A stretch of 64,000 nucleotides of DNA. It comes from Amphiscolops sp. MND2022. Taxonomy: Eukaryota. A program made the position numbers and the translations under genes. The notes under the pieces were generated by a model. The model was not told where the DNA came from, searched no databases, and was given only the letters and a program-made list of their open reading frames with translations. The DNA is taken from contig OZ076409.1 in the NCBI GenBank assembly GCA_964187785.1, positions 88,042,001 through 88,106,000 on the forward strand, in the 5' to 3' direction. The first letter of the stretch is position 1, and the number at the start of each line of letters is the position of its first letter. Positions 22,514 through 35,232 of the stretch are shown piece after piece.

Positions 22514-25500
22514 TTAGTCTAGCTTGTGCTTGACTTGATTAGGGTATGTTCTCACAGATGCAATTGACACGTACACCCTATCATGGAGAACTATGTCGAT
22601 GTTCGAGTCGACGAAATGATCTCTCAACATTGAATACCAAGCTGGTAGCAAGTTGATTGACCTTTCAGGATCATGGATAGGAAGGTGGATTCGGGTAATT
22701 TGTGCTCGTGTAAGCTTCTGTACCAGGTCAGTCAGGCACAGATGTAGCACATCATGTAGAATAGGATGCTTGTTAGAGGCTCTTGTGAATATTAGAAACA
22801 TTTCGTTATTCCACGGCGCATTTGGTGATCTAGCTAGGCGTATTGCTTTTCCCACAGTTGGTCGTAGTCGGAAAATTTCCTCCTGACCATATTTTCGGAT
22901 GACGTAACGTGCCATTGCTGAATATGAGAGCAAATCTGCTGGACAGCATATCGCCTCGGTACCACGGGCTTGAAGAATGTCGGTTTCTTCGTAGGAAATC
23001 CATGACAGGTAGTTCGGCTTGAATTTGGGGTGGGTCGTCAGCAGTTTTCCCGTGACAGTGCTTTGATTGTCTTGTCTTGGCGTGAGATGATCTAAAATGG
23101 CTTTTCGGTCTTGCCATACTGTCCTGCGTAAGGGTCTGTCTCCCAAATTCGTGCAAGACCAATCATGAACTACGGAAAGTGCTTCAAGCACAGTCACTGG
23201 GTTCTCGAACGTATAGGTGTATTTGTCCAATAGACGTATTCTGGCTTGTCGACAGAAAGTGATAGCTAGTAGCTGCAACCAATGTTGACTAAGGAATTTT
23301 CCGCGATAGATGTCTGCTAGGTGGAAACAAAGTGTGTCATCGAACTCCACTAGTGTGCGCAAGTTTTCTAAGCAAATCAATAGTGTTCCTGGAGTCACTG
23401 GGGATGTCTCGTCCAGAGAAGTGACTAGTAGCCACCATCCTGTCGTTGGATGATACACATCTCCAGGAGGTGAAGTCACACCGTATTGTTGCCATAGCTT
23501 CTGCGCGGTGATACAGCGTACCATTGCTACTTTCGTGTCTGTTGGTTCTATTTTTCCAAACACCATCGATGGTGGGAGTGGGGGAATGATAGCGGCTAAC
23601 GTGAATTCTAGCCCACTCTTTTCGTGCCACGTCCACTCCTTGAACCGATAGGTGGGACAGTCTGAGGGTGACGTTCCTTGCATAGCTTTGAGTGTGGTTT
23701 CCATCGGAGGGATCACTCCTGGTCCGTCGCTCGAGTAGGTCTTTTCTATTGTTATTACGATATGGTGTACTCGTGGAATATCCTGATCCTCAGCTTGTAT
23801 GGACCGGATAGTGTGTTGTGCGAACGTCTCGGTGTCAGCCAAGGCAGGGGCAGAGGCGTCCTCTCCCCGGGCCAATCGTTGGTCCGGTGGTCTCCCTTTG
23901 ATTAGGTTGACACAGCTGCAGTTACGGGAACCACAGGTTCCACACCTGTATCTAGGTACTCTATTGCGTCGTAGCTGATAAGGTGCGGCTCGTGGGGGGT
24001 TTAATTGTTCCGCTTGTCGTTGCTCTGGTGACGTGCTTTCCGCAATGTTGGGTAGTGTCATTGCACGTTCCAAGGTTCTAGACTGAGCTCTGATTCTTAC
24101 TCGGCCTCTTGATCTGGTATATGGTCTGCTAGTTCTTGTAAGGTCTTGACTTGATGAAGTGACACTTCCTCTTCTACGACCTTGAGGTCTGCCTCTTGGT
24201 CTTCCTCTTCTGTTTGCGATTCTTCCTGATGGGGGTAATGCTTCCATACTTTGCTTGGGTTCTTGTATTTCCCTGTCAGTTCCTTCTTGGGGTTCAACTT
24301 CTTCGACAAGTTCTAGTCCTACCGAGCTAGCAGCTCGAGAACTGAACAGTGGGAAATTGCTCAATGTGTCGGTTAAAGCTGGGTTCGATAGTAATGGTGC
24401 GGAAGTTCCTGATGGTGAGGGTATCAGACTTGGTAGTGGTTTTGGCAAGACTTCTTCTTGGTCTGAGTATAGCGGTTCCAAGTCATCGAGTTCGGGGTAA
24501 ACAACTGGTTGTTGTTCTTCTTCAATGGGTTGATTCATGGATTCTCGGTCAGAGTCAGATTCAGACGGATATCCGAAGTGACTAAATCGTCTACGTGGGA
24601 TTCCTCGTTCCAAAGCAGATTGAGTGCGCGTCTGGATCGTGCGCGGTGGGACAGGCGCGGTTGGTTCCATTTCGAACAATGCTTCCGGCAGCTGTTCTGG
24701 AAGGAATGAGTCACGGGATATGTCTGACGTTATCTCCTCATTGCTCTCTTCCACGTACGGATCTGCAATGATGGCAACATTCTGGTCCAACCCAAAGGGT
24801 TGATGTGCTGCCCAATCCCATGGTGCTGGCACATGCTTCTTCAGACGCTCAAAATGACCTTTTTGACCTGTATCTAGCACATATAATCTTCCATCTTGCA
24901 ACACATCCGTGACCTTGTGAGGTCCACGCCAGGCACGCAGAAGTTTGCGGGTACCACCCTTGGGAATTATATGGCAAAAAACCCAAACGGCATCACCCAC
25001 GGCATGAGCTTTTGCCTTCAAATGTCTGTCGAACTTCTGTTTCTGTCCTACTTGCGCTTGATGAGTATTTCGGCGGACAAGCTCGTGGATTTCTTGTTGT
25101 CTAGCAAGTAGGTGCTCTACGAATTCTTCTTTGGATTCGAACTCTCGTGCTGCGAATTCTGGGTATATGAATGAGAGCGGAATGGACTTTTCCGCGCCAT
25201 GTTGGAGCATGTACGGGGAAAATCCTGTTGTTGCATGTCTGGTCGAATTGTAGGCACCCAAAACTCCGTCTATGTGCTCATCCCAGTCAAGCATCCTGCG
25301 TGACGTGTAAACTCTGAGCAGGGTAAGCAACGTTCGGTTCTGGCGTTCCACTAGACCGTTGCCTCTCGGATGAGCTGGAGTAGACGTTACCTTGGTTACT
25401 TGCGAAGCTTTCATCAATTCTTGAGCAATTTCGGCAGTGAAATTGGTGGCGTTGTCAGACTGCATTCTGGCAGGAGTGCCATGTCTTGCGAACCATTTGT

Positions 25501-28500
25501 TTAGGATAATCTTTGCAGTCGTCTGTGCGTCATATTCATCGTGTGCACATGGGATTGCCTCTGCAAACTTGGTAAAATGGTCGATGATGTCTAGCAATCC
25601 ATTATTTCCTGACGTTGTCTTGCACAATTTCAAATGGTCAAATTGCACCAGATCATTAAAATTGCTGCTGTTGATACTCTGTAGGGGGTAACAGGGATAC
25701 CCAGCGGGATGCTTCGTCTGTTGTCATGTTAAGCAATGCTTAATATGATTGACGACATCACGCTTGATGCCTGGCCAAGTGTGGCGCTCTTGTATCCTCG
25801 CCAATACTTTGCCAACGCCTTGGTGTCCTGATTCATCATGCGCTCTGTACAAGATTTCATGCTGGTAGAGCTGGGGCATGACAATCATACACGGTCGTAC
25901 GTGCATCGCGCGTTGCTGCGGAATGTAATTGACACATAAAATGTCATTTTGGTTCAGGAACAGTAGGTCTTTTTTCTGATGAAAGTACCGTTTGGCAAAA
26001 TCTTGTACATCCTCGGGGAACAAAGCGTCATCCAATGGCTCGTTCTTCATGAGCTTCTTCAGCGCTAGGAGGTGAACATCTCTGTTTTGAGCTAGATGTA
26101 AATCCTTCAGGCCACGCATCGTTGACTGGTGCTCGTGAAGTTCAGTTCCGACTAGCCTGAGGATATCAGCCTGTTCTTGACAGTGCGTTGGCAATCTGCG
26201 CAACGCTGGGTCGCGTTGGGTGGTATCGAGACGTGCCGCTGGCACTTTGGTTGTTACGCTAAGGATACAATTTGGTCTGTCATTTTCGGTTGATGTCGGG
26301 GTGGTTTCCCACTGTATCTGTGGATACCATGGTATGGAACTCAAAGACTGATCCGAGGTTGAATCTTCCTTCGGTCGCTTCTTCAAGATGTATAATACAG
26401 GGAGTTGTGCCCGAGCTTCTGGCGGAAGCTCCGGATGGTTCGGTATGAATTTTCCATGTTTGTCAAAATATGGCACAGTTGGGAGTTCTTCGTAGTCTTC
26501 CTGGGACATAAAGCTGAATCCCTTGCTCACTTCTGGTAGAGCTTCCACAATCTTCTCCCGATGCACGTAATCATTGGTCCTTTTGCTAAGACCGTCTGCA
26601 TTTCAGTGTTGCGTGCGTGGTCTGTGGATCGTCTTGAAGTGATATTGGTCGAGGCGCGCAATCCAGCGTCCAATCATGGCCTGATCCATTGAATATGTCT
26701 TCAGCCACGAGAGAGCCTGGTTGTCCACGCGCAGCGTGAATTCTCGACCTGCAAGGTAGGAATGAAACTTCTCAATGAAATAGAAAACCGCATACATTTC
26801 CAGTTTCGGGGCGCCATAATTCAATTGTGTTCGAGTCAGCGACTTGCAACAATAAACGATGGGACGAAGAATGGTTTTCCCATTGTATTCTTGTTCTTGG
26901 TGCAGTATGCCGGCTATAGCAACTGCACTGGCATCTGTGTCCAAAACAAAACGTCCTTCATCGTTTGGGGCTGCCAAAGCTGTGGCGTCAGCTAGTGCCT
27001 GTTTCACTGAATCAAACGCTTCTTGATGTCTTTCTTTCCAGTGGAAGTGTTGGTTCTTCCTTAACAACTCCTGCATAGGCTGTACTTTGGCAGCGTGAAA
27101 AGGAATGAAGTCTCGGTAGTAGTTCGCGAATCCAAGGAAGCTTTGTAGCTCTTCTCTATTTCTTGGGGGCATCCACTCTTGGATTTTGCTTACGGCAGCC
27201 GGGTCTGGCTTTATGCCTTCGGCAGAGACTACTCTTCCAAGGTATTTGGTTTCAGTGCGCATGAAATCACATTTCTCGGCTCGCATCTTGAAACCGGCCT
27301 CTCTGAGACATTCGAATACTTCTTTGATTCTTTCCAAATGATCTTCAATGGTCTCTGTCGCGATTACTATGTCGTCAATGTATGCCATGACAACACTTCC
27401 ATGTCGTTGCTGGATTCTTTGTAGAGCTCCAGTGATGGATCGCTGAAAAGTGGCCGATGCATTGCATAGCCCGAAGGGCATGCGTCGCCATTCAAACAGG
27501 CCAAGCTCGCACGCGAAGGCGATTTTTCTGCGATCGCGCTTTTTCAGCGGGATCTGCCAAAAGGCCCACGCTAAGTCAATGCTCGTGAAGATTTTTGCAT
27601 TCCCAATTCTCGAGAGGCTTTCGTCAATCCTGGGCAATGGAAATGCGTCCTTTACTGTTACATCATTTAGCGGGCGGAAGTCACAGCAAAAGCGAAGCTC
27701 GCCTGTTTTCTTTTTTACCATGACTATGCCACTGGCCCACGGAGAATAGGAGGGTTGTATCAGTCCAAGGGCTAGCAAATTTTGCACTTCCTGATTGGCT
27801 TTCGCTGCCTTATCAGGGGACATTCGCCTTGCTCCTTCTCGGTGTGGTATAGCCTCCGGCTCTAGCTCTATTCTGTGCTTTGCAACCTTACACCTACCTA
27901 TGTCAGACTTATTTTTCATGAATAGATCTTCGTACTCATTTAAAATAGTCTCTAAATTGTCTCTCGCCTCTTCCCCCCATGAAGAAAAGACGGAAGAGAG
28001 GTCAGGGCCTGGGATTGCTTTTAGCAGTTGAGGATCTGTTCGCTTTCGCTTTTCACTCTCTGACCAATCTACCTCAGACGGTTCAGTCGAAGACAAGAAG
28101 TTTTGGGCAAAGGAACTAAATTCTGAACTAGTGTCCATGTCTATATCTTTATGCACTTGATTTACAAATTCCACTGAAAGCTTCGAATCATCACCTCTAT
28201 TTTGCAAAGGAACAGAGTTCAATACAAAAGTGGTGAGCGCCGCTTTGCCAATTACAGTCTGTGCTTTGATCCTTACCCGTTCTTTGTCAGTTTGATTTCG
28301 TAGGGCTACGAAAATCATACCCTCTGCTCCCACGGAGGTTAGTGTATCTTCTGAAACAAAGACCGACTTGGATTTCATGTTACATGAGTGGACCATTACG
28401 TTACGAAAATGAAACTCATCGGGTTGTTGCGTGATGATTTTCGCGCGCACAATTTTCCTTTCGAATGGACCTAGGACTACTTCTTCGGCGGAAATGACAA

Positions 28501-31500
28501 ATGATGGTTCGTGTTCACTTACCTCATGAACGGCTTTGAAGATTCTAGGCGTTTTGGGATCTCGGATGGTTACTTTCATTGCCGTTAGATCCACCAATAC
28601 GTTGTACGTACGCAAGAAATTTCGACCCAAGAGGAAATCCTCTGAACCAATGTGATCTGCTATGACTACAAAGTTGGTCTTCAGAGTGTATCCGCCAAGT
28701 TGAAAGCTTACGTCTTCTGCGATACCAACGGTCGTGATGCTCTTGCCATTGGCAGCGAAGAGTTCAATGTCATATGGCGACAAGTTCAACTCATGCGGGG
28801 ATGCGATTTTCTTGTACGCACTCAAAGAAAGAATTGAGACTCCCGAACCGGTGTCTATCATGCCGAAGAGTGGTATCGGCTTTTGCAGAGGGGTTCCGAA
28901 TGCAACGACTAGCGAGGTTCGCTCATCAATTTGTGCCTCTCCTTGTGCATCCTGCACTCCAATGTTATAGCAACGTAGTTCTTGCCTGCCCAAATATAGG
29001 CCTTGCGGAAAGTGTCCTTCCAGGACAACAATCGCATCGAACCTCATGTCTACACCATCAACCGTGATCGCTATGGGGACTGGTGCGATTGTCTTGACCT
29101 TCTGTATTGGGGCTAGCTTGGTCTCATCACTTCTGGTGAAATGTGGCAAGGGTCTCGAAGCTATGGTGAGGTTGGTGTTGCGGCAAAGTTCTTCTTTCAA
29201 TTGAGCCAATGTAAGGATGGGTCGTGCTCTCTGCTCTGCGGATAACAATAGATGAATGGATATAAGCGTCTCCGTACAATCAGGCGCTGGGGCTTCAAGC
29301 GTCGTTAGGATCTGTTTCTCGCCGCAAGTCACAACCACTGGACGTGATGGGCCTCCTTCTTCCGAAGTCGAGATCACTCTTACTTGGTCCTCAGTGTCTC
29401 GAAAGTCCGTGGAGTTTGTGCCCGGGGCGTACCACGCCGCTTTCACTTGTTCTTCTGTTGCAACGTTGTCAGGCATCATACAATCAGATGCCACGTGGCC
29501 GGTGTGACCACAATTGACGCAAAATGCTGATGTTCCTTGTTCCGGTAGAGTTGCAGGCATTACATCATCATTCATGCCGCGTGGGTTCGATGGGCACACC
29601 CACTCTCCGGCTAGGTTCGTGCGACATGAGTTGACTGCTTGTTGTACTGGTTTCCGTGCTCGATCCTTCAAAGGACAATCGGCTACAAAATGCAAGGGGT
29701 CTCCGCAGTTGAAGCATGTTCGCTGCGGTTGTTGTCTGAAAGCCGCAGGTTGTTGTGGGAGGTGCTGGGCAGCAGGCGCTTGCGGGGCCGGTGCCTGCAT
29801 CTGGTTTTGTTGGTTTGCTGCGACAGGCGGCTGTTGTTGTTGTTGCTGTGGTGCAGGATAATTTTCCAAACGGGCTGAACCACGCATGCGCAGGTACTGT
29901 TGTACCGTGAATCGTAGGGCTTCTACCGTTGGGGGTGTGTCCACATACTGTTTTTGCGCATAAATGAGTGCGAGGTTGCGCTTCAATTCGAAGCTGCGTA
30001 CACCTTCGATAAATCTTTGCATGATTTCGTAGCGTCTTACCGCAACTTCCTCGTTGGGAAAACCTTGGCTGCGCAAACCTTCCAATGCATCCAGACATTG
30101 CATGTAATCCTCATCTGGAGACTGATTACGTGTGCGGAACTGTTGTTGTATTTGGATCTTGTTAGACCCGGTTCCAAATCTTCGTGCTAGCAGCGCGAAG
30201 ACTTTTTCATCAGTATCGCGTTCCGCTTCAGATTTGTTCGTAATATAGTCCCGTGCCTCGTTTTCTAAGAATTCCACAATAGTCCATGCCTTGTCCAATG
30301 GAGTGTCTTTCGCATGGGCTTTCTGAAGATATCGCTTCATCAACATCAGCCAACCATCTACTATTCCGTCACGTGTGCCACGATACTTGGTTGGTTTATT
30401 TTTGGTTTCTTTCGCCGCTAGCAATGGTTGCAGGCCTTTGGACATCGCTGTTGTTATCGCTTCTGCTAGCGTTTGACTATATATGGGGTTTGGAGTGCTA
30501 TCTTTAGCAGGTTCTACCACTGTTGCTGTGTTCAAGTTTCTTCTCGAAGTTGCCTTCCTCTGCGTGCTCGAGGCTAACGGCCGTAGTTGATCGTTACCGT
30601 AGGAGAGTGCTGGGCGTTCTGTGCCAAGCATTGATGAGACGGCAGTTTGATATTCAGTGTTTCCCGATGCTGTCTTTATGTCATTGGGCATTTGGCTACT
30701 GACTGCCGAGTAGTAGTCTCCTGTTGTGGAGGCACCTCTGGCATAGGGATCGAATGAAGGAGGGCCAGATATATCACAGTGTTGCACTTCAGTACGATTG
30801 GCTGTCGAAACTTGGGTTTTCACGGGCACCTTCTTGTACATTGCTGGTGGTTGCAATTTTGGTTGTTTCGTTTGATCAGTTTTCGTCACACTTTGGCGTT
30901 GGGCAATTTCTCGATAGGTGGGATGCTGGGTATGAAACGCACTTGTTGATGGTACATCTGCAGAATTTAGTGCCACCGGCACAGGTGAAGGACTGTTTGG
31001 TACCGTCGCTACCACTGTTTTCACCCCTAGGGTTAAGTCTTGGACCGTAGTCATAAGGTCCACTATGCGTTTGTCGACATCTAAGTCTCTGCGGTGCATC
31101 ATTTCGGACATATGCTTCAGGCGCTCATCTGCTTGGTGATCCCTTTGCATCATTATTGCCGTCATTTCCGATATGCGTTTCTCAGTCAGGTCTTTGATGG
31201 ATCCCATGGACGCTTCTATTTTGCCCTGGTTGACACGTCCTTCCATCTTTATCTCGCTTACTTCCTTTCGCAACGTTTCCATTTCCATCACTAGGGTTTC
31301 CGCCTGCCGGACATGGTTATTATTCTCCTGGGCCAGCTTTACTTGGACTTGTTTCAATTGTTCCATGTTGCGTCCAAAATCTTCCCTTATGGCCTCAGTC
31401 TCCTTGATGCCTCTGGCAATCGTCGAATTCGGGGATGCCACACTGCCGGCATCAGAGTGTTGGGACGTTGTGGTGCGTTCCAGTTGCAAGGTGCTGGGAT

Positions 31501-32110
31501 TCATCAGTGGTGGTGTAGTTAAGGCATAATTCGGGAGAGCCACTTCTTTTCTGGTCTTCCGCTTTCCCAGTTGGGTTCCTGACGGAACTACAGCAGTGTC
31601 TTCCAATGTGTCTCCTTTAGTGCCAAATGCTGGTGCTCCGGAATCCAGTGGGTCTACACTCGTGCCCAAGTGGGGTGTGATTTCTCCCAAAGTCATGCCC
31701 ACGTTCATATTCTCGACCCATTTACTGATGTCCGAGCTAGTAGCTAGTTCTCTATTCGAGTTCGGCCAGTCCCCGGTCATGATCACGGAGGTGTTCAGAG
31801 GAGGCCACACATTATTACGGTTCATGGGAGTCTCATTGGCAAGTTCAGCGCTGTCCGAAGACGCTTGCGAGGAACTTTGCTGGCTTGATTGTGCGATTCG
31901 CGAATTTTGCTCAACGTTAGACAGGTTATCTGACATGAGGTTGTCTAAAAATATGTCGGCGATCACATCCGGCGTTGCTATTTCGGCTTGTGTACTAAGC
32001 GTACTTAACTCTTCTATGTCTCTCGCAAATGGGTTGGTGGCATGAAAGCCATCTGACTCCCAAGATGCTTCATTCAAGGGTATCAAATACTCCCATTCGC
32101 TCAAACTCAT
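22514..32110 (-). pseudogene. Gag-Pol (~3200 aa) with two in-frame TGA stops (26603, 25724): Gag coiled coil/capsid, 2 CCHC, PR-like + PR, dUTPase-like, RT, RNase H, integrase, 2 macrodomains
   Basis: ORFs 26603-32146, 25724-26566 and 22514-25648 share one frame. Motifs: CFNC/CVNC knuckles, IDTGS, YIDD, DTDAS, HDESGH..CLT*, DHL/QSDN/VER, WRGPH. The stops replace an expected Arg (H*NAD) and the last Cys of HHCC. Confidence 0.92.
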
Positions 32111-35100
32111 TTCGCTTGCTTGATTTCTTGCGTTTCTATTGAGCAAAACTTTTCTCTGGTCCTTCGCTCACTCCTTCCCCTCAACAAATGAGATCGAAGT
32201 CAACTTAAATTGGAAGTTGTGGTGTCACTTCCTCAAGAGTTTTAACTAAACTATTTTACTATTAAGTTTCTGAGCTTGTAGCTTGTGCCTGCCCTCTAGG
32301 TTCTAAGTCAAGATTAGCTGGCTTTTACAAACTTCAGACTCAAGGTTACATATACTAACTCGAAATTACATGCACTAACTCAAGATTACATGCACTGGTG
32401 CTAATCACCACTAATCAAAACAGAAAGGTTTGCTTCCCCACTAACTGGAGATAGATATTCTACAAAAGTCAGTAAATAAAGTTTTTTTTTGATGTCCTAC
32501 TTAAGGATGCTAATTCACACTAAGCTACACTCGATCCAGCCGCAGGCTAGGCGATTGGAATAAACAGAAAAGGTTTTGGTACGCTAGCGGAGTTTTTCGG
32601 AGACTTATTCAAGAAATCATCACTCAGCACTCTTTGAACGTACTCTTTATTACTCGCGCTGCCCGTCAATTGGAGAGCACAGGTAGGGTTGCTGCTAATA
32701 GGGAACTCGGGGATAGACCTTGGGGGTGAGTAGGTGCTAGGAGACTAACAAACAAGAGAGTTTTACTAATCTGATCATTATAAGATCAATGGAAACACAG
32801 TTCTTCACACTTTCTGGTGCTACTGTACTTAATGTACTTTGGCGAGACGCAGCGCGTCCTAAATCTAAGTCTCGTGGGAAACTCCTAAATGCGTCCCGGT
32901 TCTCACACTATGCTTCGTATTCGAAGTATGCGTGGCTACAACTATCAGTTCGCACTTAGGTGACTCTGGTGGCTGTTAACTGAGAAAACACGATTTTGGT
33001 GTTTTTCGCTTCTACGTCTCGTTGACAATCTTTCCACGAACCCAAGATGTTAGGGTTGAGCTAGCTCTAATCCAATTGCTTCAACAGGATGTGCTATGGG
33101 CGAGTGGTGCTGAACTAGGGTTGTTTGAGTCCTCACTTGCAGCTTTACCTACGAAAGGTATGCTATTTTTTGCAAAAATTCCCAAAATCAGCGACTTTTT
33201 CGTCAATACGCACGCCTGGAACAGGTGAAAATCACTTCTAGAGCTAGTAGCGACCTGAAAATTTAACACGGTATACTAATGTGGCCAAATCGTGGGAGAA
33301 TCACCACCGATTGTGCTAAAATTGTTTGCACGTGACTTGGGGTCGCTCAACAATGTTATTGCAAAATCCTACAATGTTGTGAAATTCACACAAGTCTGTC
33401 AAACTCGCTTTCTAGGCTTCCTGGCTACCTGAAATTTTGTATGCGAGCGTGAATTATGCCCACGTAACAGAAAAATAAGTTAGCGGGGTGCCCAGATCAA
33501 TATTTCGCAATCCGAGTCGACAAAACTATGATGTACCCTGTATGTCACTTTCAGGGGTTAAAATTCACAAAATTGTCAATTTCTCTACGTTGGCCAGTAG
33601 CAAGCTGCTCAAAATGCACAAATCGTCGGGATCTAGTGCCTTATGTACGAAAATGCAAGAATTTTAGTGCTGGGATACCTGCAAGGTATTGCACTATGCT
33701 CAACTAAAATTCAATTTTTTCGACATTTTCGGATCATTTTTGAGCAAAACTGCGGCTAAGATTTCTCGATCACTAGTAATGGTAGCGCTACGAAAATTAC
33801 ACCACTAACGTAACTTTTTGCGGTCTACACGATGGTGTTATCCGTTCTGGGCTACTCCTACCAGGAGAGATTTCGACCTATCTTGGGTACACTACTCCAG
33901 TGTTCCGAAAATGTCACAAAAATAACACGTTTTTGGCTATTTCTCGGCAACTACTGGTTGGAATCACTCGCGGTTTTCTGCGTTTGCAACGTTATACTCT
34001 GTACTAACAGAAAATAGGCCAGCAAAACCTGGCAGGTTCCAAATAAGGTCTCTCAAAATAAACTTTAAGTTGCATCTTTGACACTCTCGGAACAGTACTG
34101 AAAATACGTATTTTCACCAAGAAATTTTTATTTCTTTGTTCTCAGACGTTCCGAATGGTTCTAATAGTAGTGTTAGAAGGTGTAGCAATTTTATTTAGGG
34201 GAATGGGGTTGTTTCAATTATTAGTTTTGATGTTATAACTCTCAGGTCTATGGAGTCCTCCACTCAGGTCTATGCATATCAAAGAAATTCAAGGGTTAAA
34301 GTTTCAATTTTTATTGGGGGATGCTAAAAATCGTCTTGGCAGTAGTGTTTCGTACTACCAAGCTCAGGAATAATGTTTTTGGGCTGATCTAAAAGCTTGG
34401 GAACAAACGCCCAAGGCTTCGCCCTCACCAAATTTGGTATTTTTGGCCAAATTTGATGTTTTTTCGACAAAAATCGCTAAATTTCTCGATGTTTCAACTA
34501 TTTAGCCCAGCAAATTTTTCTATTCCTGACCTGGCAGGTCTGATGGAACGTTTTTCATGTATTCTCACTGGCCGTACTCTTTTCTACAAAATTTCGACTT
34601 TCAAAATCTGTAAAATCACTATTTGAGCCTTATTTTACATTATTTTTTAGGTTTTCGCGCTCAAATTTTCAATCAACTGGTTCAAACACCCTCAGGGTAT
34701 TCTTTCTAGTTAATTTTAGTGGGAATAGACCTGGGAATATGCTTTTTGGGCTTCTAAACTAAGAAAATAAGGGATTTCACCCGATTGTCGTGGGTATACT
34801 GCAATCACGGGGGTGACGGAGGTGCGATGACGCAGGGGTTCACCTACTGTCGTCAGCTAGCTGGGGCCTTCAGTGCTCGTCCTCCTGGTCCCCATACATT
34901 GCAATTAAGCTGAAACAAGGCTAGAAGACCCTTTAAAACACAATCCGGTGAAGCCGGATGGTTAATTTCGACAATCAGAAACGGTATGGAAACGGTACTC
35001 TGTAATCACACGGTTATTTCTCATTCCAGACCCCGGAAACATGCAGGAAACACAGGAAAAACACTAGTACAAGGCCCACAGGGCTAGCATAAGGCAATAA

Positions 35101-35198
35101 AAACAATCTAGGACCCACCAGAAGAATTTCCTAGATCCGAACCTAGCAGGGCCGGAAAGCAGGAAAAACTCCAATTATGGCGAAAAGATGGAAAAATT

Positions 35199-35216
35199 GT
35201 CCCTTGTGGGGCGCCA
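35199..35216 (-). promoter_or_regulatory. Primer binding site (tRNA-Lys-like)
   Basis: Minus strand TGGCGCCCCACAAGGGAC resembles the tRNA-Lys(UUU) PBS TGGCGCCCGAACAGGGAC; it sits 16 nt from the LTR. Confidence 0.65.
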
Positions 35217-35232
35217 TAAAAACTATCCTAGA

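Noticed and set aside
25724..26605. The two TGA stops as programmed readthrough or selenocysteine sites
   Set aside because: They fall inside RNase H and at the integrase HHCC Cys, and each is one substitution from the expected codon (CGA, TGY). Simple decay explains them.
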